Assembly (NCBI GenBank): GCA_041601615.1
Contig: JBFIHX010000001.1
Coordinates: 64,001-128,000, forward strand
DNA: 64,000 nt
Origin: Thermoplasmatota archaeon
GTDB taxonomy: Archaea; Thermoplasmatota; E2; JACPAO01; JAHFTW01
Reading direction: 5' to 3'
In this document: in pieces, positions 39,168 to 48,672 of the stretch
How positions within the stretch are numbered: position 1 is the stretch's first letter
How the letters are laid out: the number at the start of each line of letters is the position of its first letter
Notes under the pieces: generated by a model
Databases searched by the model: none
The model's input: only the letters and a program-made list of their open reading frames with translations
Told to the model about the DNA's origin: nothing
Made by a program: the position numbers and the translations under genes

Positions 39168-40051
39168 TGTCCGTCGTTCTCAACGAGCAATCCAAGATCG
39201 TCGTCCAGGGCGCCACGGGCTCCGTGGGCAAGTTCCACATCAGCCAGATGCAAGAATACGGTGACTACGTCGTCGCCGGTTGCACCCCAGGCAAGGGCGG
39301 CGAAGAAGTGCACGGTGTTCCTGTCTTCAACAGTGTTGCCGAGGCCAAAGACGCCACCGGCTGCAACACCAGCCTCGTCTTCGTGCCCGCCCGGTTCGCG
39401 AAGGCTGCCGTCATCGAAGCCGTTGATGCAGGCATGGAAACCGTCATCGTCATCACGGAGCACATCCCGGTGCACGACGCGGCGCACTTTGTCAACTACG
39501 CCAAGAGCAAGGGCGTTACCCTGATTGGCCCCAACTGCCCCGGCGCCTGCACCGCGGGTGTTGCCAAGGTCGGCATTCTGCCGGGTCAAATCTTCACGCC
39601 CGGCGGCCCCGTGGCTGTCGCCAGCAAGTCCGGCACCCTCACCTACGAAATCGTCGGCGCGCTCTCTGCTGAAGGCATTGGCCAGACCACGGTTCTCGGC
39701 CTCGGCGGCGACCCGATTCCCGGCACCAACCTCTTGGAAGCCGTGAAGTTGTTCGAAAAGGACGACGCTTCCAAGGCCATCGTTCTCGTTGGCGAAATCG
39801 GCGGCGGCGCCGAAGAGGAAGCAGCCGCATACATCGAGTCCGTCAACCTCACCGCTCGCAAACCCATCTACGCCTTCGTAGCCGGCCGCTCGGCCCCCGA
39901 AGGCAAGCAAATGGGCCACGCAGGTGCGCTCGTGGAGAAGGGTGTTGGCACCGCCGAATCCAAGATGAACGCCTTCAAGAAGGCCGGCGTGAAGGTCGTG
40001 GATTTCCCCACGGACATCATCCCGCTCGTCAAGGCCGACCTCGGACTCTAG
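39167..40051 (+). CDS. sucD: Succinyl-CoA synthetase alpha subunit
   Basis: VQGATG, TPGKGG, IGPNCPG, SKSGTLTYE, GEIGG, MGHAGA (phospho-His). Confidence 0.97.
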   Translation: MSVVLNEQSKIVVQGATGSVGKFHISQMQEYGDYVVAGCTPGKGGEEVHGVPVFNSVAEAKDATGCNTSLVFVPARFAKAAVIEAVDAGMETVIVITEHIPVHDAAHFVNYAKSKGVTLIGPNCPGACTAGVAKVGILPGQIFTPGGPVAVASKSGTLTYEIVGALSAEGIGQTTVLGLGGDPIPGTNLLEAVKLFEKDDASKAIVLVGEIGGGAEEEAAAYIESVNLTARKPIYAFVAGRSAPEGKQMGHAGALVEKGVGTAESKMNAFKKAGVKVVDFPTDIIPLVKADLGL

Positions 40052-40065
40052 TCGAGGCCGAAAAC

Positions 40066-41415
40066 ATGCGTGCTCCGGTGCAAAACTCCCTCCTGGCGTT
40101 CGGGCTCTTGATGGCCTTGCTCTTTGCAGGCTGCCTTCAGGACCCAGGCACCGGAGACACGCAAGAAACTGCCCCGCAGCCGGGCCCCATGGCCCATGGC
40201 TTGCAGGCGGCGGGGTACGAAGTCGTGGTTCATGCCCCGGGTTTTCTCGGATATGAGCCGACGATTGGCGTAGGTCCGACGGGAAGTATTTTCGTTGCCG
40301 GTGCAGGCCAAGCATTGGACCTTTCCGGGTACGAGGCGGTGCGCGCATCCTCCGTGCTGCGCAGCGTGAACGGCGTGGATTGGACAGTGGTCAACGATTT
40401 TCCGGCCACCTTTGACCCCGTGCTGCATGTGGATCTACGATCGGGCTATGTGTACCGCGCCCACCAATTGTCAAGTTCCTGTGCCACCCTGGCCTTCAGC
40501 GACGATGATGGCTCGACATGGCAGGAGCACCCTGGTGCTTGCGGCGATGTGGGCGTGGATTTTCTGAAACTTGCCAGTGGAATTCCCGGTCCCGACGCCA
40601 ATGCGCTTGCCACGGGCGTGGAACAAGTGGTGTACTTGTGCCACAACCGCAATTCGGACTCCGCTCGTTCCGTGTGCGCGGCGAGCTTTGACCATGGGCG
40701 CACTTGGCCCCAGGATCGAGTCATTGCCTTGCGCGACCGCGACGGTTGTGGTGGCGTTACGAGTTTTCCCGTCGTGGGCCCCGACGGCACCATCGTTGTG
40801 CCGCTCGGCGCTGGCTGCGATGCCGTTCATTTGGCCACGAGCAATGATTCGGGCGATACGTGGAGTGTTACGAAGCTTGGATACAAGGGCGCCGGCAGCG
40901 TCACGCCCAGGGCTGCGTTCGACGCGGACGGCCGCCTCTATGTGCTCTCTCGGGACTGGAGCCAACGCCTTCAACTCAGCATCCAAGACGCCCCCGACGG
41001 CCCCTGGGTGGATCATGATGTGACACCGGATGGGGTCCGGAGCCTCGGGTTTGTGGCCATGGACGTGGCTCCAGATGGGCGTGTATTCTACGCATTCATG
41101 GGCGCCGAAACCACCAATGTCTCAGCGTCCCAAGCGGAGCCAGGAACTGAATGGATGCTGTATGCAGGTGTGTGGAGCCCGGGTGGGTTTGCAGCCGAGG
41201 CCGTGGAGCTGATGCACGTTGGTCGCGTCTGTTTTGGAGGAGATGGGAATTGCCCCCGCAATTTGGGAGATTTCATGGACGGCGCCATGGGCCCAGATGG
41301 TCGGTTCTGGGTCTCCTTCGTGGACGGCTGCGACGACTGCGGCCAATCCCAGAGCACCGGCACCGCACTCAAGATCCTCGAAGTCCGCCCCATAAGGGCC
41401 CCAGCAACGGCTTGA
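40066..41415 (+). CDS. Lipoprotein with BNR/Asp-box (sialidase-like) beta-propeller
   Basis: Lipobox LFAGC; Asp boxes SDDDGSTW, SFDHGRTW, SNDSGDTW; C-terminal LGDF. Confidence 0.85.
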   Translation: MRAPVQNSLLAFGLLMALLFAGCLQDPGTGDTQETAPQPGPMAHGLQAAGYEVVVHAPGFLGYEPTIGVGPTGSIFVAGAGQALDLSGYEAVRASSVLRSVNGVDWTVVNDFPATFDPVLHVDLRSGYVYRAHQLSSSCATLAFSDDDGSTWQEHPGACGDVGVDFLKLASGIPGPDANALATGVEQVVYLCHNRNSDSARSVCAASFDHGRTWPQDRVIALRDRDGCGGVTSFPVVGPDGTIVVPLGAGCDAVHLATSNDSGDTWSVTKLGYKGAGSVTPRAAFDADGRLYVLSRDWSQRLQLSIQDAPDGPWVDHDVTPDGVRSLGFVAMDVAPDGRVFYAFMGAETTNVSASQAEPGTEWMLYAGVWSPGGFAAEAVELMHVGRVCFGGDGNCPRNLGDFMDGAMGPDGRFWVSFVDGCDDCGQSQSTGTALKILEVRPIRAPATA

Positions 41416-41483
41416 CACGGCCGAATCGTGCTGCGCCGCCGCGTCAGCTCAATTTCAGAGATGGAACTTGAACCTCTAGGGAG

Positions 41484-41495
41484 GATTGCGCAATC
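41484..41495. promoter_or_regulatory. Perfect palindrome GATTGCGCAATC upstream of a TATA-like element, candidate operator
   Basis: 12-bp palindrome; TTATCTAA about 9 nt downstream; AAGGTGA RBS before ATG 41535. Confidence 0.35.
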
Positions 41496-41534
41496 TTGGC
41501 AAGTTATCTAAGGTGTTCAAAAGGTGACTTTGCC

Positions 41535-41741
41535 ATGACCGTTACGCGCCTTGCGCTCGCCGTCGGCCTGCTTTTGATCGTTGGACTCGCCATGGGCCCC
41601 GCCCAGGTTTCTGCGGGCGGAGAACCTGTTGGAGGCTGCGGCGCGACCCAGGTGGAAGTTTGTTGGGTGGTGTGCGTTACGGAGCCCTGTGACGCCGCCA
41701 AGGTGTGCGTCCACGCCATCGAGACCTGCAAGTCTTTGTAG
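41535..41741 (+). CDS. Small secreted six-cysteine peptide
   Basis: RBS AGGTGA, signal peptide ending VSA, mature ~41 aa C-x7-C-x3-C-x4-C-x5-C-x6-C. Confidence 0.75.
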   Translation: MTVTRLALAVGLLLIVGLAMGPAQVSAGGEPVGGCGATQVEVCWVVCVTEPCDAAKVCVHAIETCKSL

Positions 41742-41885
41742 GGCCCGATGCAAATCTCGGAGTCTCGATTGAGCAGAGAATCCGATTTTTTCCTCTTATG
41801 CTTCGACCACTCTTGTTTTGGAAAAAGAGCCCACCGCCACGCAAAGAGGGTACGCTTTGCCGGTTGCGGTGGGTACGTGCTTCGA

Positions 41886-42173
41886 TTAGAAGGCACACCA
41901 GCGGTCCACGCTAGGCGTGACCGGGAATTGGCTGGCGCTGAGACCGACGCCAACGAAGCATCGCGTCATGTTGCCAAAGCGGCAGTCGGCGCTGGCGCCC
42001 GCGTGGGTGGCCGTGATGACGTTGCCTCCGGCCGCCACGTCGCAGCGACCCACGGTGGCTTGGCAGCCTACGGTGGGTGCACTGGTGTCGCAGGGAGCGG
42101 CTGAGGCGCCAGGTGCGAACGCAAGGGAGGCGAGTAGGAGTAGGCTGATGGCAAACGCGGGGCGTAGGTCCAT
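41886..42173 (-). CDS. Secreted Cys-module protein (one six-Cys module)
   Basis: Signal peptide ...AFAPGASA; C-x8-C-x6-C-x19-C-x7-C-x20-C. Confidence 0.78.
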   Translation of the reverse strand: MDLRPAFAISLLLLASLAFAPGASAAPCDTSAPTVGCQATVGRCDVAAGGNVITATHAGASADCRFGNMTRCFVGVGLSASQFPVTPSVDRWCAF

Positions 42174-42305
42174 GGCATGGCATTGGCGCCATGATTTCAA
42201 AGATTGGGCGACGGTTCGGACCTATCGAGTGGAAGCCGTGGCACGGGAGGGGCTTGGGACAAACATGGCGCAATCATGAATGTCTTGGGCGGCAAAGTTG
42301 GCTGT

Positions 42306-43313
42306 ATGGCACGACCCACTTTGGCAATCGTTGCCAGCAGTCCAGTCCTTGCCCACACGGCATGGATGAGTCTGCGGCGCCTGGGTCCCAGTCCGGTGGT
42401 CATGCTCGGACCCAGGCGCGCTTTGGCACGAGCGTCACGAATGCAGGTGCAGGGATTGCCGACGCCCGACGCGGTTACGGATGAAGATCTGCGTGAAGCG
42501 GTCGCCGGCGCCGATGGCGTATTTCCCTGCGACGAGCGAAGCCATGTGCGGCTGCTGGATGCCAACATTCCCGTACTTGGGCATGGAGATGGTTCGGTGG
42601 TGCGCCGGCTGGCAGACAAAGGCGCGTTGCCCGATTTGGCGCGTGCTGCCGGCTTCCAAACTCCTCCGTTGATCCAAGACTTGTGGACGGATGGGTATGG
42701 CAATTTGAGACGGTTCATGGAGAAGCCCCGCTACGGAGGCGGCGGCGTGGGCGTCAAGGAGTGGCACCCGGGAGAACCGCGCCGTACAGGTGCTGTATTG
42801 CAGCCGTTCATCGAGGGCTATGACGCCGATGTGAGCCTCGCGGCGCTGAATGGAAAGGTGCTTGGCATCACGGCAGAGCAGGGACTCGGGCCGGCGATGC
42901 GTTGCTACGAAAAGCAACCCGAATTGGAAACCGTGGCTCGCGCTCTTGTGCGATCGACTCATTATTCGGGGCTCTTGCATGTGGACTTGCGGGTGGCAAA
43001 GGACGGCACGCCGTGGGTGGTGGATGTGAATCCGCGACTCTGGGCGTCGCACTGGATGGCGGCTGCCATGGGCATGGATTTTGTCTCGTTGTTTGTGCAT
43101 GAGGCGCGGGGCGAACCGGTGCCTTGGAAGCGTCGCACGGGCGTAATGGCGCCACCGTGGCGGTTCCGGCAGGCAAAGTGTTGGGGGCGACCTCGAATGG
43201 GTGCTGCGCTGCGGGCGGCGCTGGCTCGGTTTGCGGATCCTGGCGTCGAGAGCGCCATGCGTAGGCAAGCTTCGGTGGTGGCGGGTGCCGAGCCGTGGCC
43301 GCAGCGGTTCTAG
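42306..43313 (+). CDS. ATP-grasp domain protein, divergent
   Basis: DKG.L..LA..AG..TP, EKPRYGGGGVGV, LQPFIEG, YSG..H.D, VDVNPRLW. Confidence 0.82.
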   Translation: MARPTLAIVASSPVLAHTAWMSLRRLGPSPVVMLGPRRALARASRMQVQGLPTPDAVTDEDLREAVAGADGVFPCDERSHVRLLDANIPVLGHGDGSVVRRLADKGALPDLARAAGFQTPPLIQDLWTDGYGNLRRFMEKPRYGGGGVGVKEWHPGEPRRTGAVLQPFIEGYDADVSLAALNGKVLGITAEQGLGPAMRCYEKQPELETVARALVRSTHYSGLLHVDLRVAKDGTPWVVDVNPRLWASHWMAAAMGMDFVSLFVHEARGEPVPWKRRTGVMAPPWRFRQAKCWGRPRMGAALRAALARFADPGVESAMRRQASVVAGAEPWPQRF

Positions 43314-43484
43314 GTTGTCTGGCTCCCGCCGGTTGGATTGCTACGCTGCCTCGGCTCCACTTTCTCCCCTTCGCTTTGTAGGACAACGTTTCACGCCGGC
43401 CTACTCCGTTCCTTCCGGGTTCCTCCATTTTCGCCGGACTGCCCGTTTCAGGAGTGTTTTGAGCGCCAACGCGAGTCGCCGGTT

Positions 43485-44081
43485 GTGCAATTTGAGGATG
43501 TGCTGACTTTTTGGTTCGGCAATGACCCGGAGACTCCGTGGGCAAACGCCCCCATGTGGTTTGAAGCCGGTCGAAGCTTGGACCCAGTGGTGCGAGAACA
43601 GTTCTTGCCCACCATTGAAGCGGGGCTGAGAGGACAACTGGATTCCTGGACCGAAACCCCTGCCGGCACCCTTGCGCTGATTGTGGTGTTGGATCAATTT
43701 ACGCGGCACGCCTTCCGAGACACCCCTCGCTTTGTCGAAGGAGACAAGCAAGCGCAGCAGTTGACTTTGGGCCTGTTGGATGCGGGCGCAGAAGCATCCT
43801 TGAATACGGCCCAGACGATGTTTTTGTTAACTGCCTTGGAGCATGCAGAGGACCGAGCCATCCAGGAACGCGGGTTGGCCGAAGCAAAACGCCTTGGACA
43901 ATTGCATCCGGAGGACCTTGGGGGCATGGTGCAGTATGTCCAAGACCACCATGACATTGTCATGCGGTTTGGTCGGCTTCCTGATCGAAATGCACTGCTT
44001 GGCCGCCCGTCGACTCCGGAGGAACAGGAGTTTTTGGCTACGGAGTCGCGGCCATGGTTCGAACGTTCGGTGCCAGCCTGA
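43485..44081 (+). CDS. DUF924 family protein
   Basis: VL.FWF, WF, LA.IV.LDQF.R..FR, LEHAED, H..I..RFGR.P.RN..LGR.ST.EE. Confidence 0.9.
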   Translation: MQFEDVLTFWFGNDPETPWANAPMWFEAGRSLDPVVREQFLPTIEAGLRGQLDSWTETPAGTLALIVVLDQFTRHAFRDTPRFVEGDKQAQQLTLGLLDAGAEASLNTAQTMFLLTALEHAEDRAIQERGLAEAKRLGQLHPEDLGGMVQYVQDHHDIVMRFGRLPDRNALLGRPSTPEEQEFLATESRPWFERSVPA

Positions 44082-44124
44082 CGTAGACGAGACATTGAAT
44101 GCTGCGCGGCACTGAGGGGGTTCC

Positions 44125-44700
44125 ATGCACAAATTCTGGGCTTCTTCCTTGACCGTGGCTTTCCTGCTGATGTCTGGTTGCACCGCACCCATCGAAGGAA
44201 GCGACGATGATTTGCCGCCAAAGCCGGACGAGCCTGGAAGCGGCGGGACTTCTTCGCCAGGGCCCGGTTTTGCTCCTCAGTCGGGTTTCTCGGAGGACCA
44301 TGAAGAAGGCCTGCACTTGTCGGTTCAGTTCGAGGCGTGCAAGTCGACGTACTGCCTGGATGGGCTAGCTGAGAACGAGGGGACGGTGACGTACTACGTT
44401 TCCAACATCTGTGTCTCGCCGTTTTCGGACAAAATGGAATCGGAAGGCAAGACCGTGCAGCAACGCGAGCCGGTGGCGCACTGTGAGGCGTTTGGTCTGG
44501 CTCCGTTCAAACCTGGTGCCACCATGACGGCCAATATGACTTGGGACGGCCAGCTTTGGAATGAAGAGACGGGAGAGCTGGAGGAGGCACCGCAGGGGTC
44601 CTACCAATGGACCATGGTGTTCGAGGCGTACGAGCACGAGAACGGCGGTGAGAAAATCGTCCTGGAAGCGACCGTGAACGTCATCATGGGCGAGACGTAG
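44125..44700 (+). CDS. Lipoprotein with Ig-like (BsuPI-like) domain
   Basis: Lipobox MSGC, Pro/Gly linker, C...F..PG......WDG......G.Y pattern. Confidence 0.65.
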   Translation: MHKFWASSLTVAFLLMSGCTAPIEGSDDDLPPKPDEPGSGGTSSPGPGFAPQSGFSEDHEEGLHLSVQFEACKSTYCLDGLAENEGTVTYYVSNICVSPFSDKMESEGKTVQQREPVAHCEAFGLAPFKPGATMTANMTWDGQLWNEETGELEEAPQGSYQWTMVFEAYEHENGGEKIVLEATVNVIMGET

Positions 44701-44713
44701 GCCGTAGCGATTC

Positions 44714-45211
44714 CTAGAAGTCGCAGGTGATGCGCTCTAGGTCCAGGCTGTCAAAGTCGATGATGCAGTCGGCGATGCTTGCGCAGCCTGCTTCCAGCCA
44801 CTGGTCGTACTTGGGGGTGCTCGTGTAGGCGCGACCGGCGTCACAGCCAAGAACGTGCACGCCGCACCAGCCGTCGCCGTTGATGCCGTCCCAGCATTCG
44901 ACGGGGTTGGAACTGCCAAGCGGCGGCAGGGCGGCGGTGGGTGCGTCGCATTGAGGCACGCCAGGAACAAGCGCGCGAACAGTGAGCGTGCAGTCGACGG
45001 TGCCGTTGAGGCAGTGTACGTCCGCTTCCTGCACGGGTTCAATGTGGTAGAACCGCGCCTGGCCGTGGCATACAAGGACGTTGTAGTTGCACCAGTCCCA
45101 TCCGAGTCCTTGCTCGCATGGCCCCACTTCATTGGGGTCGATGGCGTTGGCGGCGGGAACAAAGGCAAAGGCGGTCAAGAGGACTATCAGGGATGCGAGG
45201 AATGTACGCAT
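44714..45211 (-). CDS. Secreted Cys-module protein (two six-Cys modules)
   Basis: Signal peptide ...AFVPAANA; C-x8-C-x6-C-x18-C-x6-C-x13-C and C-x9-C-x6-C-x19-C-x5-C-x13-C. Confidence 0.82.
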   Translation of the reverse strand: MRTFLASLIVLLTAFAFVPAANAIDPNEVGPCEQGLGWDWCNYNVLVCHGQARFYHIEPVQEADVHCLNGTVDCTLTVRALVPGVPQCDAPTAALPPLGSSNPVECWDGINGDGWCGVHVLGCDAGRAYTSTPKYDQWLEAGCASIADCIIDFDSLDLERITCDF

Positions 45212-45322
45212 GGGCCCAACATAAGTAGACGGCCCTTGGAGGTTTGCGAGCGTACCGTCGATAGCTAATGGTGGCACAATCCGCCGAAACGGGCACCCCT
45301 GGTTTGATCTGCGTGCTCAAGC

Positions 45323-45586
45323 TTAGGAGAGCGTGCAGTCCCAGTCCTTGAGGGAGCCGTTGTAGAGCAAGAAGTCGCACTCGAAGGCGCCGCAGTCGAT
45401 GCTGGTGTAGCGCAGACCGTTGAAGGTGGTGGTGTCGCGGGCTTCGCAGACCACGAGGTTGTACTCGCACGTGAAATTGTTCCCTGGACCGGAGTAGCAT
45501 TCGACGGGCATGGGGCGGGCTTCCGCGCCGGGGACAAAGGCGAGGGCGGTCGTAAACAGGAGTGCGGCGACAAGGATTGTTCGCAT
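45323..45586 (-). CDS. Secreted Cys-module protein (one six-Cys module)
   Basis: Signal peptide ...AFVPGAEA; C-x9-C-x6-C-x17-C-x4-C-x13-C. Confidence 0.8.
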   Translation of the reverse strand: MRTILVAALLFTTALAFVPGAEARPMPVECYSGPGNNFTCEYNLVVCEARDTTTFNGLRYTSIDCGAFECDFLLYNGSLKDWDCTLS

Positions 45587-45727
45587 CGACCTAGCACGGA
45601 GCCTTGGCATTATGGCGCTTTTGCATCGGTTGGCTCTGTTTGCGCCCGATACGCTCATGTCATATACCCCGGGCGTGTCGCCAAAGATAGGATGGGCCTA
45701 GTGTCCATCTATCAAGGAGAAAAGAAA

Positions 45728-46021
45728 ATGGGTTTTGACCGCGCTCCTCGCGAGGAGCACGAGGTCGTCTGCGCCGAGTGTGGCGCCAACACGACCGTCC
45801 CCTTCAAGCCGACCGGCGACCGCCCGGTCAAGTGCCGCGACTGTTTCCAGAAGGATCGCCCCCCTCGCCGTGAAGGCGGCGGTGGCCGAAGCTTCGGCAA
45901 CGACCGTGGCCCTCGCGAAATGCACGATGCAAAGTGCACGCAGTGCAGTGCCTCCACGCAGGTTCCGTTCCGGCCCACGCCGGGCCGCCCTGTGCTGTGC
46001 CAGAACTGCTTCCGTCGATAA
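45728..46021 (+). CDS. CxxC-x17-CxxC zinc-binding protein (two repeats)
   Basis: CAEC....VPFKP...RPV.C.DCF twice, Gly/Arg linker; AGGAG upstream. Confidence 0.9.
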   Translation: MGFDRAPREEHEVVCAECGANTTVPFKPTGDRPVKCRDCFQKDRPPRREGGGGRSFGNDRGPREMHDAKCTQCSASTQVPFRPTPGRPVLCQNCFRR

Positions 46022-46211
46022 ATCGGTGGTAGCCCAGGCTCCTTTGGTGCCTGGATCAGTGCTTCGGCGCTGAAGTTTGGCAGTCTTTGGGTTTTCCCGA
46101 GACTGCACTTTTCGTCCCTTGTGGACGAGGCTTCCTCTTCCTACCTTCTCTTCGTTTTTTGGGGCCTGCTACTTCGCAAGGTCCTTCCCTCAACAATCAT
46201 CACGGCGAACC

Positions 46212-46997
46212 GTGGCGACGCGAGGGCCGATTGCGCTGTTGTTGGGTGATCCTGCCCAATTGCAATCCTCGGCCTGCCGTTTGCCGGGTACACGCCCTGG
46301 TCTTGATGCGGAAGCGGCGCGTCGCCAATGGGATGCTTTTGGGGACGCCTTGAACGCTTTAGGGGCCCAGGTGCATGTGTTGGAGCCGCGTACGGCCACG
46401 ACCTGTTTTGTACGCGACGCGGTGCTGGTGGGCGGTACGGCGCGGGGCCCGGCGTTTGTTACGACGCGGCTGGAGGGTCAGCGCGTTGCGGATCCCTCGG
46501 CGGTGGGCAGTTGGTTGCGTGACCAAGGGGTGCGGCGCATTTTGTGGACGGCGATTCGTCGCGTTGCGGGCGGAGATTTGATCTGGAGCGATGTGACGTT
46601 GCTTGCGGGGGTTGGTCGGGCCTCTTCGCCAGTGGCTGCGCGGGCGGTGGCGCAGAGTTTTGGCGCCAGGGCTCTGCCGTTGCCGTTGGTGGATGCGCGC
46701 TGGCCGACCTTGGATCAGGCGCTTTGTGTTCTTGGCGAGGGTCGAGCACTTTGGGTTCCGCAGGCGTTTGATGATGCTGGGGCTTCGGCGTTGCAGGCGA
46801 TGTATCCTCGCTTGGCTGCGGTGGATTGCCCTAGTGCGCTGCGCGTGGGGGACTATGTGGTGCTGGATCGGGGCGCAAAGGAGGCCCATGCTGCGGTGGA
46901 GGAGCTTGATTTGGACCCGGTTTCGGTGGATCTAGGTGCTTGGCTTGATGCGGATGCGGGCCCGGCGGCACTTGTGTGCCCGCTCGATGCTCGCTAG
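46212..46997 (+). CDS. Degenerate amidinotransferase/DDAH (pentein) fold protein
   Basis: A..QW......L...G..V, FVRD, GGD, W.TLD; catalytic His and Cys positions substituted. Confidence 0.65.
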   Translation: MATRGPIALLLGDPAQLQSSACRLPGTRPGLDAEAARRQWDAFGDALNALGAQVHVLEPRTATTCFVRDAVLVGGTARGPAFVTTRLEGQRVADPSAVGSWLRDQGVRRILWTAIRRVAGGDLIWSDVTLLAGVGRASSPVAARAVAQSFGARALPLPLVDARWPTLDQALCVLGEGRALWVPQAFDDAGASALQAMYPRLAAVDCPSALRVGDYVVLDRGAKEAHAAVEELDLDPVSVDLGAWLDADAGPAALVCPLDAR

Positions 46998-47034
46998 GGC
47001 CGGAGCCGACAAACGTATCCGTTAGCGCCGCAAA

Positions 47035-47661
47035 TTGGACTTCGTGGCCTCGCTGCGGCCGTCGAATGTACTGGATGCGTGGGCGCAGGCGCTGCCTTCG
47101 ACTCAGTGTGAAACTTGGATTGATCCGCACAATCGGGCGATTGCGGGGCTTGCGTCGCGGTTCCGTGCGACGGTGGAGTCGGCGTTGCGGCACGACTTGG
47201 ACCGTTGGCATCGTAAAAGTGGTGGATCTGTGGCGTTGGTGTTGCTGCTTGATGTGTTTGCTCGTTCCCTTTGGCGGGGCGAGGTTCGGAGTTTGTCGGG
47301 TGATTTGCATGCCCAGTCGCTTGCACTCCAGGCGGTGGCGGTGAAGCGGGACCGCCGGATGATTCCCGATCATCGTGCGATTCTGTTGTTTCCGTTGATG
47401 CACGCGGAGGTCTTGGATATGCAATCGCGGTCCGTGGAGGGGTTTTCTAGACTGGTGCAGGAGCATGGCAATCGGTACCGGCCCTTGTTGGAGCATGCGT
47501 TGGAGCGCCAGGAAATCATCGAGCGTTTCGGGCGGTTTCCGCATCGCAATGATTTGCTGGAGCGTAAGGATTCGGTCTCGGAGGCGTCTTGGTTGGCCAC
47601 CGATGCTCCGGGTTGGGCCGTGCCGTGGACATCTTCAGGCAGCGGGCCAAAAGCCCCATGA
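47035..47661 (+). CDS. DUF924 family protein, divergent second copy
   Basis: ALVLLLDVFARSLWRG, PLMHAE, IERFGRFPHRN. Confidence 0.8.
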   Translation: MDFVASLRPSNVLDAWAQALPSTQCETWIDPHNRAIAGLASRFRATVESALRHDLDRWHRKSGGSVALVLLLDVFARSLWRGEVRSLSGDLHAQSLALQAVAVKRDRRMIPDHRAILLFPLMHAEVLDMQSRSVEGFSRLVQEHGNRYRPLLEHALERQEIIERFGRFPHRNDLLERKDSVSEASWLATDAPGWAVPWTSSGSGPKAP

Positions 47662-47679
47662 CCTCGGCGCGTTGCGGGG

Positions 47680-48672
47680 TTGGTGGTGGTCGAACGGAAT
47701 ATCTTGCCCGACGGCAGGATTCTTGCGTGGAATCGGTACGGAACGGGGCGGCGCGTGGTTGTGCATTGTCATGGTTCCCATCATAGCGGAGTAGAGGCGG
47801 GTTTTCTCGATGCTGCGACTTTGGCAAAGTGGACGGTGCTTGCGCCGGACCGGCCGGGTCATGGACAAAGCGACCCGTGTCCTGGCCAGAGCCTCTTGGA
47901 GTGGGCCCGGGACGTGTGGGTGGTGTTGCGGCGGCATGGGATTCGTCGGCCCTTTGTGACGGGTTGGTCGGCGGGTGGTCCGCACGCCTTGGCGCTTGCG
48001 GCTACGGGCAACGTAGCAGGCATTGGATTGCTTTCGTCGCTTGCGCCCATGGACCGGTCGGATGCCTATCGAGGGATGCGTCCTAGCAGTCGTTTTGGCG
48101 CGGCGTTTGCTCGTCGTTTGCCTGGGACTGCGTTGCGGCTCGCGCATGGTGTGACGCCCTTGTTTCGGCGGACCCCGGCCTTGATCATGGCGCTTAGTAC
48201 TTCGATGCAGCCGCGCACGGATCGTCGCAGCTTGCAGGGGCGTACGCGAGCCGTGGCGCTGGCGGCGAGCAGGGGTGCGTATCGCCAGGGCGGTGCGGGT
48301 GTTGCGCATGATGTGCATCGGTTTCTTGGTTCCTGGGGCTTCGATGTTGCAGACCTGGATGTGCCGATGTTGTGTTGGGTTGGTTCGAGAGATCGGATTA
48401 CGCCGCCTGCCATGAGCGAGTACATCGCGGCTCGGGCGCCGCGGGGTTCGCTTCGGATTGTCCAGGGCGCGGGGCATTTTCTTGCGTATGGGCATCTGGA
48501 TGCGATGCTGACGGCGTTGCCGCTCGTGGCTCGTGGCTCGGGCTCGGTTCCGGCCGAGTCGAATTTGTTGCGAGCGATTACCGGAGGGGTTTCGGGCGTG
48601 GCTCGGCGGAGTCAAAAGGGGAAGAAGAAGGGGGACGGGCGAGGCGCCGGGCCTCGTTTGGATTCTGCTTGA
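47680..48672 (+). CDS. Alpha/beta hydrolase
   Basis: LPDGR.L, HG, DRPGHGQS, GWSAGG nucleophile elbow, G.RDR, GAGHF. Confidence 0.9.
   Translation: MVVVERNILPDGRILAWNRYGTGRRVVVHCHGSHHSGVEAGFLDAATLAKWTVLAPDRPGHGQSDPCPGQSLLEWARDVWVVLRRHGIRRPFVTGWSAGGPHALALAATGNVAGIGLLSSLAPMDRSDAYRGMRPSSRFGAAFARRLPGTALRLAHGVTPLFRRTPALIMALSTSMQPRTDRRSLQGRTRAVALAASRGAYRQGGAGVAHDVHRFLGSWGFDVADLDVPMLCWVGSRDRITPPAMSEYIAARAPRGSLRIVQGAGHFLAYGHLDAMLTALPLVARGSGSVPAESNLLRAITGGVSGVARRSQKGKKKGDGRGAGPRLDSA

Noticed and set aside
41535-43313. Graspetide (ATP-grasp RiPP) cluster formed by the ATP-grasp gene and neighbouring Cys peptides
   Set aside because: The peptides have Sec-type signal peptides and lack Thr/Ser/Lys-Asp/Glu core repeats; the adjacent one is divergently transcribed; the ligase looks degenerate
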